Positions 25,031 through 37,470 are shown, counted from the first letter of the stretch. The stretch: DNA of 46,227 bases from Octopus bimaculoides (GCF_001194135.2 NC_068986.1:33893850-33940076); one strand, 5' to 3'. Notes: generated by a model from the letters alone, not told the origin. Translations and numbers: made by a program.

Positions 25031-25414
25031 TGTGTGTGTGTGTGTGTGTATGTGTGTGTGTGTGTGTGTATTTCCTGTTGACTCACCAATGGAGAACGTC
25101 TTGTACTTTCACGGAGTGTTTAGGGAAATAGTTGCGCAGATATTGTTCAGACATTTCAAAAGAAGATTATATACACAAATGTGCTTTTTTCTTTTATAGT
25201 AATTTTTTTTTCCAGCACAAATATATTTCCCTTTATACGAATGAGAAAAAGTTATTTCAACTTTTAACCAATTTCCTCTTACCTGTGTATATAAATATGT
25301 ACGTACGTATGTGTAATTGCAGATGTGTTTGCGTAATGACGTGTGTACGTGGGTCTATGCAAATACATAAGCTGATATAGATGTGCGTGTATGTATATCA
25401 ACAAAAATACGATT

Positions 25415-25453
<39 letters not shown>

Positions 25454-26213
25454 GTACATATATATTTGTGTGTATTCATTTACTATATATATATATATAT
25501 ATANNNNNNNNNNNNNNNNNNNNNNNNNNNNNNNNNNNNNNNNNNNNNNNNNNNNNNNNNNNNNNNNNNNNNNNNNNNNNNNNNNNNNNNNNNNNNNNNN
25601 NNNNNNNNNNNNNNNNNNNNNNNNNNNNNNNNNNNNNNNNNNNNNNNNNNNNNNNNNNNNNNNNNNNNNNNNNNNNNNNNNNNNNNNNNNNNNNNNNNNN
25701 NNNNNNNNNNNNNNNNNNNNNNNNNNNNNNNNNNNNNNNNNNNNNNNNNNNNNNNNNNNNNNNNNNNNNNNNNNNNNNNNNNNNNNNNNNNNNNNNNNNN
25801 NNNNNNNNNNNNNNNNNNNNNNNNNNNNNNNNNNNNNNNNNNNNNNNNNNNNNNNNNNNNNNNNNNNNNNNNNNNNNNNNNNNNNNNNNNNNNNNNNNNN
25901 NNNNNNNNNNNNNNNNNNNNNNNNNNNNNNNNNNNNNNNNNNNNNNNNNNNNNNNNNNNNNNNNNNNNNNNNNNNNNNNNNNNNNNNNNNNNNNNNNNNN
26001 NNNNNNNNNNNNNNNNNNNNNNNNNNNNNNNNNNNNNNNNNNNNNNNNNNNNNNNNNNNNNNNNNNNNNNNNNNNNNNNNNNNNNNNNNNNNNNNNNNNN
26101 NNNNNNNNNNNNNNNNNNNNNNNNNNNNNNNNNNNNNNNNNNNNNNNNNNNNNNNNNNNNNNNNNNNNNNNNNNNNNNNNNNNNNNNNNNNNNNNNNNNN
26201 NNNNNNNNNNNNN

Positions 26214-26258
<45 letters not shown>

Positions 26259-26479
26259 ACTTAGACTGGAATAAAGTAAGGGGAGCATCTTATATTTTTT
26301 CAGACGGATTCAAATTTTCAAAATCTGTTTGAATTTCCGTTTCTTTTCTTCTTATTTATCAAATATCTTATTGTCTCCATCCACTAGATTATCGGTGGAT
26401 ATGTTTATTGATATGCCGATGGAATGTCGACAGGAACGATATGCCATAATATATCTTTTATCTCTTATCTTTTATCTTT

Positions 26480-26672
26480 TAGCTTCTGCTTGTTTCAATT
26501 CTTGGATTGTAGCTGTGCTTGGAGTACCAACTCAATGGGTTTACCCGAACAAATCGTCCACCACCACCGGTACTTTTTTTTCTAAAATCTAGTTCTTATT
26601 TTATCGATACTTTCTACTGAACGGCTAAATAACGCGGCCGTAAACAAACCACCACCTGTTCTCAAGTGGTGA
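26480..26672 (-). mobile_element. SINE D/E segment E, diverged
   Basis: cttgtttcaatt...gctgtgcttggagtacc...cgaacaaatcg...gtaaacaaacc...ctcaagtggtg, colinear with 31508-31710. Confidence 0.6.
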
Positions 26673-27039
26673 AATTGTTAATAAATATAAGCACATAGAG
26701 AAGCATGCATACGCCAAAATATACACATACGGTTACAAAGATTAGTAAGCGCGGAAAAATATTACAGCTTATTAATTGAAAGCTATTATCATAATTACCT
26801 ACCCTGTCGTCATACACATGAAGAAAAATATGCTTACACACATGGACAGAGAGAGGGGAGTGAACAAGAGAAAAATTAAAAGATCGGATGTCAAATAAGT
26901 CAGCGTTGAATCAGTGTCATGAATACACGGCAATAAAACGACCGTGCCCAAACATTTCATACCCGTTTTTTTTTGTTTTTTTTGGTTTTGCTACAAGAAG
27001 GTTCAGAAAAAAAAACGTCAGGTCAAGGATCTTATCACA

Positions 27040-27735
27040 AGCTCATAAGACCTGCGTCAGATACCAATTAAACCTACCTATTTCGTGGTCGAGTGGTCGG
27101 CGACTAAACTGGCTCCCCCATTTGAGTAACATGCTAATCTTGTGAGGAGGATGTTCTGGACATCAAGCGGGGTTAAAAAACAAGATCTGCCGAAGGCCGG
27201 ATGAGCTCCTTGCGGACCAACGAACATCCAGTTGGAGAAGGTAATGGCAAACCACCCCAACATCAAGCGGGGTTTAAACAAGACCTTTCGAAGACCGGAC
27301 GAGTTCCTTGTGGACCAACAGCCATCAAGTTGGGGAATGTAATGGCAAACCACTCCAATATCTCCGCCAAGAAAACAGCAAGAAGAAGTCAGAACGAAGT
27401 AACACTGAGCCTTCATCCGGCAGGAGAACTTGTGCTTAATCCGGAAGACTTTCGCATCAAAGTGCTGAAAAAAGAGTGCGGCACAGGAAGACGACAAAAA
27501 AAAAAAACCATATATTATAGGAAACATCGATAAAAATACACGTTACTTAAACACCAGCAACTGCAACAACAATTCAACAAAGGACAATCACTTTCAGATA
27601 TTCACACACTACCGTATGGCACATGGCACATGGAGCAGAGTAATCTGTGGTAGACTGTACCTGAAAAAGCAAATTGAACAGGGATACCCTTCAATCAAAG
27701 TTCTTTCTACTGGATTAGAACTAGTCTGTCGAGTG
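27040..27735 (+). mobile_element. RTE-clade LINE 5' UTR plus decayed start of the APE endonuclease ORF
   Basis: ggagaaggtaatggcaaaccac(t)cca(a)tat resembles the BovB/Bov-A RTE 5' UTR motif GGAGAAGGAAATGGCAACCCACTCCAGTAT (recalled). There is a 100-bp tandem duplication at 27160-27259 / 27260-27358. Downstream HGTWSRV echoes the APE GTWNVR motif. Confidence 0.65.
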
Positions 27736-27737
27736 AA

Positions 27738-27738
27738 G

Positions 27739-27795
<57 letters not shown>
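27738..27795. repeat. (CAT)n microsatellite
   Basis: Direct. Confidence 0.95.
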
Positions 27796-29454
27796 TAGAG
27801 TAGGAGCAGCAGCATTATCGTCATCAACAGTGACTTTATTGTCATTGCTTTGCAACGGTGACGACCTCAACAGCGGCCACAGTGACATTAGAAGACATGG
27901 CTGAATATTATAAGTCGGACGATATACAACCAATAGGGAATCAGGTAAATTAGCATNNNNNNNNNNNNNNNNNNNNNNNNNNNNNNNNNNNNNNNNNNNN
28001 NNNNNNNNNNNNNNNNNNNNNNNNNNNNNNNNNNNNNNNNNNNNNNNNNNNNNNNNNNNNNNNNNNNNNNNNNNNNNNNNNNNNNNNNNNNNNNNNNNNN
28101 NNNNNNNNNNNNNNNNNNNNNNNNNNNNNNNNNNNNNNNNNNNNNNNNNNNNNNNNNNNNNNNNNNNNNNNNNNNNNNNNNNNNNNNNNNNNNNNNNNNN
28201 NNNNNNNNNNNNNNNNNNNNNNNNNNNNNNNNNNNNNNNNNNNNNNNNNNNNNNNNNNNNNNNNNNNNNNNNNNNNNNNNNNNNNNNNNNNNNNNNNNNN
28301 NNNNNNNNNNNNNNNNNNNNNNNNNNNNNNNNNNNNNNNNNNNNNNNNNNNNNNNNNNNNNNNNNNNNNNNNNNNNNNNNNNNNNNNNNNNNNNNNNNNN
28401 NNNNNNNNNNNNNNNNNNNNNNNNNNNNNNNNNNNNNNNNNNNNNNNNNNNNNNNNNNNNNNNNNNNNNNNNNNNNNNNNNNNNNNNNNNNNNNNNNNNN
28501 NNNNNNNNNNNNNNNNNNNNNNNNNNNNNNNNNNNNNNNNNNNNNNNNNNNNNNNNNNNNNNNNNNNNNNNNNNNNNNNNNNNNNNNNNNNNNNNNNNNN
28601 NNNNNNNNNNNNNNNNNNNNNNNNNNNNNNNNNNNNNNNNNNNNNNNNNNNNNNNNNNNNNNNNNNNNNNNNNNNNNNNNNNNNNNNNNNNNNNNNNNNN
28701 NNNNNNNNNNNNNNNNNNNNNNNNNNNNNNNNNNNNNNNNNNNNNNNNNNNNNNNNNNNNNNNNNNNNNNNNNNNNNNNNNNNNNNNNNNNNNNNNNNNN
28801 NNNNNNNNNNNNNNNNNNNNNNNNNNNNNNNNNNNNNNNNNNNNNNNNNNNNNNNNNNNNNNNNNNNNNNNNNNNNNNNNNNNNNNNNNNNNNNNNNNNN
28901 NNNNNNNNNNNNNNNNNNNNNNNNNNNNNNNNNNNNNNNNNNNNNNNNNNNNNNNTATATATATATATATACATACATATATATATATATGTATATATAT
29001 AATTATATTTACATATATGTATATATGTATATGTATATGTTTATATATTTATATATATATAAATAGTGTGTGCGTGTGCTCGCGCATGCTTGTGTTTGTG
29101 TGTATATGTGCGCGCGTGCGAGCTTTTGTGCGTGCGTATGTGTGGGAAAGGAATTTGGGCTGAGGATACGAGGTCTTGTACCACAGTAACAGCAACAAAA
29201 AACACTTAGAATAAATAAATAAATAAATAAATAAATCTATAAGCAGGATAGCTTGTAGAGTATGTGTAAAGCTATTGTCAGAATGAATGGGAGTCAATAC
29301 GACAAGGTTAATTAGATTTAGCCCTATTTACTTAATCCTTCAGTCACTCAATGCCTGGCGTTAAGAGTAATATACACTGATACACTGCTACGAAAAGCAT
29401 CTCTCCCTTATCGCCGCACTCTATGTCTGCATGTATATATATATATATATATAT

Positions 29455-29513
<59 letters not shown>

Positions 29514-30029
29514 NNNNNNNNNNNNNNNNNNNNNNNNNNNNNNNNNNNNNNNNNNNNNNNNNNNNNNNNNNNNNNNNNNNNNNNNNNNNNNNNNNNNNNN
29601 NNNNNNNNNNNNNNNNNNNNNNNNNNNNNNNNNNNNNNNNNNNNNNNNNNNNNNNNNNNNNNNNNNNNNNNNNNNNNNNNNNNNNNNNNNNNNNNNNNNN
29701 NNNNNNNNNNNNNNNNNNNNNNNNNNNNNNNNNNNNNNNNNNNNNNNNNNNNNNNNNNNNNNNNNNNNNNNNNNNNNNNNNNNNNNNNNNNNNNNNNNNN
29801 NNNNNNNNNNNNNNNNNNNNNNNNNNNNNNNNNNNNNNNNCCAGCATCGCTTGAAAGTTAGAATCAGTGTGAACGATGTTTCGAAAGCTCTGGACAGCAA
29901 AAGCAGAAGCAAGAGGTCAATTTATAGCAGTACGGAACTAATGCCTAGACACAAACATTTAAGCATATAAAGTAATGAAACTAAAACATACTACGATGAA
30001 GTACATATTATATTACGAGTAAGTACAAT

Positions 30030-30400
30030 GAGAGAATTTCCAGTTGCATGTTATTAATCAAATCAGAGTATATTCACAGACTGGATAAGGTTGGGAGCTA
30101 TGTTAATAATTATTATGGTAACAATTCGACGAGAAAACGGAAGAAGTGGTATATACATGTAAGAAACACTGTATATGACAGCAAGCAAACTACAATCATC
30201 TGGTCATACCCACCCAGGCTAACTACGTGGTTGACAACAAACCATCCAGATATAATTATCAGCTGCCCGAGCGATAATGATAATGACAATGCCTCAATTT
30301 ATTTTCACTGGAACATTGCCAAGAAAGGGGTGCAGAAACCGTCAAATTGCGAAGACCCTGAGATTGGAATGAGCAGGTTGTAGCACACGTAATAGCAAAA
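30030..30400 (+). pseudogene. R4/Dong-type (restriction-like endonuclease) LINE 3' ORF fragment
   Basis: ORF 30048-30383: KSEYIHRLDKVGSYV..KWY..TIIW..NHPDIII..CPSDN..KKGVQKPSNCEDPEIGMSRL. This parallels the R4/Dong consensus EYIHRHDRV..KWYEH..ILWD..NRPDII..PSDN..EKLSKYKDLEIEISRMW. Confidence 0.82.
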
Positions 30401-30487
30401 CAGGATGCTACAACTTAAAGGGCGTATGATCTACAACTTAAAGGACGATTACTTTAGGTTACCTTTTAGTTTACTTTTCTAAAAATC

Positions 30488-30612
30488 GTGGAGGCGCGTG
30501 GCTTAGTGGTTAGGGTGTCGGCATCATGATCGTAAGATTGTGGTTTCGATTCCTGGACCAGGCGTCGCTTTGTGTTCTTGAGCAAAACACTTCATTTCAC
30601 GTTGCTCCAGTC
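30488..30612 (+). mobile_element. tRNA-derived SINE family B, 5' part
   Basis: gtggaggcgcgtggcttagtggttagggtgtcggcatcatgatcgtaagattgtggtttcgattcctggacc...ttgtgttcttgagcaaaacacttc has A/B boxes and a CORE-like body. Confidence 0.88.
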
Positions 30613-30636
30613 ATCATTAAGAAAATATAATTGAAG

Positions 30637-31030
30637 CATTTGTCAGTCGTTGGACTGCGGCCACGTTGGAGTATCGCCTTAAAGGGTTTAGTCGAATTAT
30701 TCGATCTCAGTACTTATTTAGTAAGTACTTACACTATCGGTAACTTTTGCCGAACTGTTAAGTTACAGTGACATAAACAAACTAACACCGGTTGTCAAGC
30801 AGTATTAATTTGATATATATGAAGTACGCACACATATACCCACGCACGCACACATATACCAAGCACGCACACATATACCCACGCACGCACACATATAGTA
30901 TGTGCGTGTGTGTGTTTGTGTGCGCGCGGGCACACGTATGTGTATCTCTCTGTATAACTATATGTATGTATGTATCTATCTATCTATCTATATAAGAGTG
31001 GTTTCTACACAGCTTCCGCCTACAAAATGT
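30637..31030 (-). mobile_element. SINE D/E with expanded internal microsatellite and minisatellite
   Basis: Segment E at 30637-30800, then CA/TG repeats including an approximately 20-bp unit repeated about 3.5 times (30828-30897), then a D-like stretch tttctacacagcttccgcctacaaaat. Confidence 0.65.
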
Positions 31031-31507
31031 GGATTTCTTCTAATTATTTAATTCTGTCATTAACACGAATGAAGAAGAAAACTCTTGCAACGTTTTATTA
31101 TATGTGGATTAGCAGAATTTGTTGATTACAAAAAAAAAAAAACTTTGTGGTATTAACTTAAGAACATTTACATGTTGGCTCCTACGATTGTGATAAGATT
31201 GACATGGTTAGTGTTTCTCTAAAACAAAATTGCTTTGTGTTGTTTCCATTTTATTTTTTTTAATTCTATAAGTCCTCAACATATCCAAGAAATACCCGAT
31301 TATAGCAAAGTTAAATACTATTCTTGGTACCTACCCCTAGGTTTGTCCTGGAGGTGCAAAGTTTGGATCAACAAAGACATTATCAACGGTTAACTCATTT
31401 TGCAAGACAAGGAGTTGAGAGTAGAGGAGGATCTAGCTGCTGTTTCTAGCAAGCTAAATGACCGCATATATGCCCTCATATTGGCGTGGTATTCATTTAT
31501 AATGTTA

Positions 31508-32151
31508 TCTTTTATCGTTTACTTGTTTCAGTCATTAGGCTGCGGTCATGCTGGGGCACGGCCTTGAAGAATCTTTGGTCGATTGAATCGATCCCATGAC
31601 TTGTTTTAAGCTTAGCACTTATTCTATCGGCCCCTTTTGCTGAAGTGCTAAATTACGGGGATGTAAACACACCAACACCGGTTGTCAAGTGGTAGTGGGA
31701 GACAATCACGCACATAGATATATATATATATATATTTATATATGTAAATATGACGGGTTTCTTTCAGTTTCTTATTTCTTAATTGCCCACAAGGGGCTAA
31801 ACATAGAGGGGACAAACAAGGACAGACAAAGGGATTAAGTCGATTAGATCAACCCCAGTGCGTAACTGGTACTTATTTAATCGACCCCGAAAAGATGAAA
31901 GGCAAAGTCGACCCCGGCGGAATTTGAACTCAGAAAGTAACGGCAGACGAAATGCGGCTGAGCATTTCGCCTGGCGTGCTAACGTTTCTGCCAGTTCACC
32001 GCCTTAGTTTCTTTCAGTTTCTGTCTACCAAATCCACTTTGGTCGGTCCGAGACAGTAGTAGAAGAAAACACTTGCCCAAGGTGTCACACAGTGGGACTG
32101 AACCCGGAACCATGTAGCTGAGAAGCAAGCTTCTTACCACACAGCCATGCC
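31508..32151 (-). mobile_element. full-length SINE D/E interrupted by a family C insertion
   Basis: Head at 32151 (ggcatggctgtgtggtaagaagc...accttgggcaagtg), D body down to about 31745, internal (TA)n, then segment E down to 31508. Confidence 0.88.
31773..32006 (-). mobile_element. SINE family C long-tail variant nested in SINE D/E
   Basis: 16-bp TSD gtttctttcagtttct at 31757-31772 and 32007-32022. Confidence 0.93.
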
Positions 32152-32787
32152 TATTTTTTAATAGAAATCCACAAACGAGAATTTACCTCACAATAATATC
32201 AAAGAAACTCGCCGAGTTACACACGCAAAAAAAAAGAAATTATAATAATCTTAGAAAAAAAATTAGTAAAAAATATACACAATAAAAGCCGCTCTTTAAG
32301 ACGTGAAATCATCCACTCTATTTCCTAAAACCGTTTCTGAAAAACATTGACATTGTAAAGCTGCGTTGAAGGGTGCATCGCAAAACACAACAGCATCAAC
32401 AACAACAACACGGTAAAATAAAATTCCATATAAAAATACATATATACATATACAAAAGAAATTATAATTTGTGTTTGTTAATTTGTGTTTGTTAATTTGT
32501 GTTTGTTAATTTTAAAAGCTAAAACAAAAAAAATTGGGGTTAGGTTAGATCTCCAATCAATTATCTAACAAAATTGTATTACATGACAAAGAAATCAATT
32601 ACAAGGTTGGCTACTTTAGCAGAACTAAGCTATGAATCAATGAGACGATCCTCAGATCAAAAAGCCGATGTTTTTTTAGGGGACTTAGTATCAATAAAAT
32701 CTTTGTGGCGATATTCGGTTTATCCTCTACACACATACACTATATACATAAATGGACGTATACACACACACATACATACATGCATAC

Positions 32788-32881
<94 letters not shown>

Positions 32882-33082
32882 ATATATATATGTATGTATA
32901 TGTCACCGTCTAAAAAGAATATTGTATATACGTGTACATGCTCTCTCTTCCTCACACACATACACAATCCCTTGTCTTTTTATGTTCCCAACTAAATGTT
33001 CAATTAAAAAAAACTTAATTATTAATAATTGATCCCTTATTGAATTTATTACCATCACCGTCATTATTGCATTGTTGATGAT

Positions 33083-33133
33083 CTTGTTGTTGTTGTTGCT
33101 GACGTTGCTGTTGTTGTTGTTGTTATTGCTGCA

Positions 33134-33175
<42 letters not shown>

Positions 33176-33215
33176 GTTATTATTCTTATTCTTCTTCTTC
33201 TTCTTCTTCTTCTTC

Positions 33216-33253
<38 letters not shown>

Positions 33254-33254
33254 G
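33083..33254. repeat. compound (TTG)(TTA)(TTC)(TTA) microsatellite
   Basis: Direct. Confidence 0.95.
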
Positions 33255-34000
33255 ATAGGGAGAAGATCTGTTGAAGACCATATTCGATACGAAGTCATAA
33301 TAAGCAGCTTGGGACTTGAAGAACATTCTTTAATTCCCTTGCGATCTCTGAAGATCTTATTAATGGCGCAACACATGGAAGATGACAGAACATACGACTA
33401 AAGATTTACGAAAGTTAGGCATTAAATATCCAACTTGAAATGAGATACATTGATCATTCGGGCAATATCGAAGTTTTGGAGTTAGTATTGGTGTTGATGT
33501 TGGCGTTGGTATTGGTACGGAGGAGGGTTGAAGTGCATGTATTGGGAGGTGGGCTAGCTTGGAATACGACAGGAAAATATAATCAAAAAGCAACTTGGCT
33601 GCCATTTCCGTGTTCTTTCTATCGGTTATTGATTCATCTATCCGAAGCTAGAACGAAAGTATTTAACATCCAACCAAAGATAAGGAGGGGCGGATATAGA
33701 GTGATGTATCGAACGAAAAAGTCGAAGATAAAAAGAAACAGAGTGCAAAAACTAACGGCTACTGGTTGATCAACTTGAAACTTCTTCTCCAGGACAAAGT
33801 GAGATGTCAGAGTTACATCTAAGATATATCGAAATATTTATCTACATTTCCGTGTCGATAATCTTTCTCTGAAATATAGATCCAAGCTTATATTTATATA
33901 TACAATATGATATTGAACTGATTGTAAATTTTGTAATTGGTATTTTCCAAAATAATACTTATTATTAACATTTTTAATTAGTAATAAAACGCTGCTCATA

Positions 34001-34433
34001 AAGCGGTGACCTGGCAGAAACGTTAGCACGCCGGGCGAAATGCTTAGCGGTATTTCGTCTGCCGCTACGTTCAGAGTTCAAATTCCGCCGAGGTCGACTT
34101 TGCCTTTCATCCTTTCGGGGTCGATTAAATAAGTACCAGTTACGCACTGCGGGTCGATATAATCGACTTAATCCGTATGTCTATCCTTGTTTGTCTTCTA
34201 CATGTGTAGCCCCTTGTGGGCAGTAAACAAAAATAAGAAAGGTTAGCACGCCGGGCGAAATGCTTAGCGGTAATTCATCTGTCATTACGTTCTGAGTTCA
34301 AATTCCGCCGAGGTCGACTTTACCTTTCGTCTTTTTAGAGTCGATAAATTAAGTACCAGTTGCACACTGGGGTCGATCTAATCGACTGGTCCCTTCCCCC
34401 AAAATATTGGGCCTTGTGTCTGGAGTAGAAAAG
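34001..34433 (+). mobile_element. SINE family C dimer (long-tail unit fused in register to a short-tail unit)
   Basis: A single 18-bp TSD aataaaacgctgctcata sits at 33983-34000 and 34434-34451. The second unit starts at agaaa|ggttagcacgccgggcg near 34240. Confidence 0.93.
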
Positions 34434-35068
34434 AATAAAACGCTGCTCATATATACGTTTTTTAGAGATTTTTTATATTAACATTCATTTGAATATTACA
34501 GTAGTTTCGTTCTTTCTATATTTAATAAGCGTCTGCAAATTCCTTTTTCTATCAAGACGAGAGAGCTTCAGAGCTTTAGTAAAATCTCCCAATAGCTGAA
34601 CTTTTAAATAATCCACGCTTTGATGCTGAAGTCACAATCTAATAATACTGAATTTTTTTTCTCATGCAGACTTTGTTCACATTTCGATACCCAAGATGCA
34701 ACACTGCTCAAATATTATTTCCCATGGACATTGCTCAAACGCAATTTCATCACCACTAAAATACACAGCCACCATCAATACACACCTCAGAAGTGTCTTT
34801 CCTTGGCGGTTCTATTTTTTAAACTTTGGATCGAAACAAAGATTCTACTCGTATCAAAGTTAAAACAATGATTACTCTTTACATTGAAACAAAACCAATT
34901 CCAAACTCAACACTTCCAACAAATTTTTTATCTGAATAATCCCCAATAAACTATTTACGATGACTTAAATTCTTCAAATACGGGAATCTCATTATTACAA
35001 ATGGAAAGAGTAGCAAATAGTGGCGGGAGTAACGAACCTGATTATATGAGACAATAGACTAAGAAACG

Positions 35069-35177
35069 GAGAAGAAGAAGAAGAAGAAGAAGAAGAAGAA
35101 GAAGAAGAAGAAGAAGAAGAAGAAGAAGAAGAAGAAGAAGAAGAAGAAGAAGAAGAAGAAGAAGAAGAAGAAGAAGA
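35069..35177. repeat. (GAA)n microsatellite
   Basis: Direct; long, nearly perfect tract. Confidence 0.97.
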
Positions 35178-35802
35178 ACGTCAGACTTGAAGGCAAGACA
35201 ACATTTCAAACATGGATAATTAAGTACTTATAAAGTGTGAATACACCCTCCACAAGGTGATTACCTACGCATCTGGAGGGAAATAACTACCACACATCCA
35301 TCGTTTCACCCAACATCCCATTCTTCCATTCATCAACCCATCCATCCACCCATCCATCCACCCATGCATACATGCATGGTGGAAGTCAACTCGTGACCGA
35401 GTAATACCATTTCCTAAACTTAATAAGTCCACCCAAATGTTCCCAGAATCCAAGGAGTTTCTGTGCGTAAATTTGTTTTGAGCAGATAAAGTTTTTCACG
35501 GTACTGAGCCCACTTTTCGGCGAAATCAGTTCTAACCCCTAAAACACAATAAAGATTGAGACGACCGGAAACCGACCGCACTTGGGCTTTTCTTTAAACG
35601 TGTTTACCTTGACCTAAAAAGAAGTTCTAAGGTAAACTAGGAGTTCTTCACTCCCATTGATTCACATGGTAGATAACCCTTACCTGGGACACTAACAGGT
35701 GATACTATTTCTGGATCCGAGTTGATATGAGTACAATAGTGGCTAAGAAGCAACCAGGGCCCCAGTATTGAGTGCATTTTAAAGTCGTACACATGACATA
35801 CA

Positions 35803-35833
<31 letters not shown>

Positions 35834-36831
35834 GTACATACATACATATGTACATACGTACATACATATCTCGACCTCAACGGTAAAACTTTTGCGACCC
35901 ANNNNNNNNNNNNNNNNNNNNNNNNNNNNNNNNNNNNNNNNNNNNNNNNNNNNNNNNNNNNNNNNNNNNNNNNNNNNNNNNNNNNNNNNNNNNNNNNNNN
36001 NNNNNNNNNNNNNNNNNNNNNNNNNNNNNNNNNNNNNNNNNNNNNNNNNNNNNNNNNNNNNNNNNNNNNNNNNNNNNNNNNNNNNNNNNNNNNNNNNNNN
36101 NNNNNNNNNNNNNNNNNNNNNNNNNNNNNNNNNNNNNNNNNNNNNNNNNNNNNNNNNNNNNNNNNNNNNNNNNNNNNNNNNNNNNNNNNNNNNNNNNNNN
36201 NNNNNNNNNNNNNNNNNNNNNNNNNNNNNNNNNNNNNNNNNNNNNNNNNNNNNNNNNNNNNNNNNNNNNNNNNNNNNNNNNNNNNNNNNNNNNNNNNNNN
36301 NNNNNNNNNNNNNNNNNNNNNNNNNNNNNNNNNNNNNNNNNNNNNNNNNNNNNNNNNNNNNNNNNNNNNNNNNNNNNNNNNNNNNNNNNNNNNNNNNNNN
36401 NNNNNNNNNNNNNNNNNNNNNNNNNNNNNNNNNNNNNNNNNNNNNNNNNNNNNNNNNNNNNNNNNNNNNNNNNNNNNNNNNNNNNNNNNNNNNNNNNNNN
36501 NNNNNNNNNNNNNNNNNNNNNNNNNNNNNNNNNNNNNNNNNNNNNNNNNNNNNNNNNNNNNNNNNNNNNNNNNNNNNNNNNNNNNNNNNNNNNNNNNNNN
36601 NNNNNNNNNNNNNNNNNNNNNNNNNNNNNNNNNNNNNNNNNNNNNNNNNNNNNNNNNNNNNNNNNNNNNNNNNNNNNNNNNNNNNNNNNNNNNNNNNNNN
36701 NNNNNNNNNNNNNNNNNNNNNNNNNNNNNNNNNNNNNNNNNNNNNNNNNNNNNNNNNNNNNNNNNNNNNNNNNNNNNNNNNNNNNNNNNNNNNNNNNNNN
36801 NNNNNNNNNNNNNNNNNNNNNNNNNNNNNNN

Positions 36832-36899
<68 letters not shown>

Positions 36900-37281
36900 T
36901 ACACAACTAAGTAAACACATAAACAAATAAATATATAAATAAATAAATACAAATATTATTGTTTGATGTTAGGATCGAACTTCAGTTCGATTCCAACTTT
37001 AAACTTAAGAAACAGTCTTTAATTAAGCAGTGACACGAATTTCTTTCGCTTTTTTGTTTTTATTCTCTTTTTCACCATTATAGGAAAGACGAATCGTTAC
37101 CTGGGTGTGTCTACATACGCTATACCCGTAATATGATATTTTAATTATTATTAATTCATGTCTTTTTTTTAGAGACATGTTTTATTATTTCGTTTGTTTC
37201 TTTCTTACAGGGTTGGAAGTTAGCTGGCGATATTTCATTTCAATAATAATTTTTCTGTATTTTAATCGATAATATTATTGG

Positions 37282-37470
37282 AGTCGTAGAGTCGCCTAAG
37301 CAGTGGATAAGATGCCATTAGGTATTTTTTTTTTTTCTCCTTACGTCTCTTTACGTTCTGAGTTCGCATCCTGCCCTTACTCTCTCTTTTTCGTATTTGC
37401 CTTTCATCCTTTCGGGGTGGATAAACTATGTACCCGTAAATTACTGAATAATCGATACAATTGCCTCTAC
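37282..37470 (+). mobile_element. SINE family C, diverged
   Basis: ttacgttctgagttcg...tttgcctttcatcctttcggggtggataaa. Confidence 0.7.

Noticed and set aside
34670-35056. Open frames after a good acceptor, and the peptide TIYDDL...EPDYMRQ*
   Set aside because: A/C-rich composition opens several frames. There is no consistent exon structure or recognisable domain.
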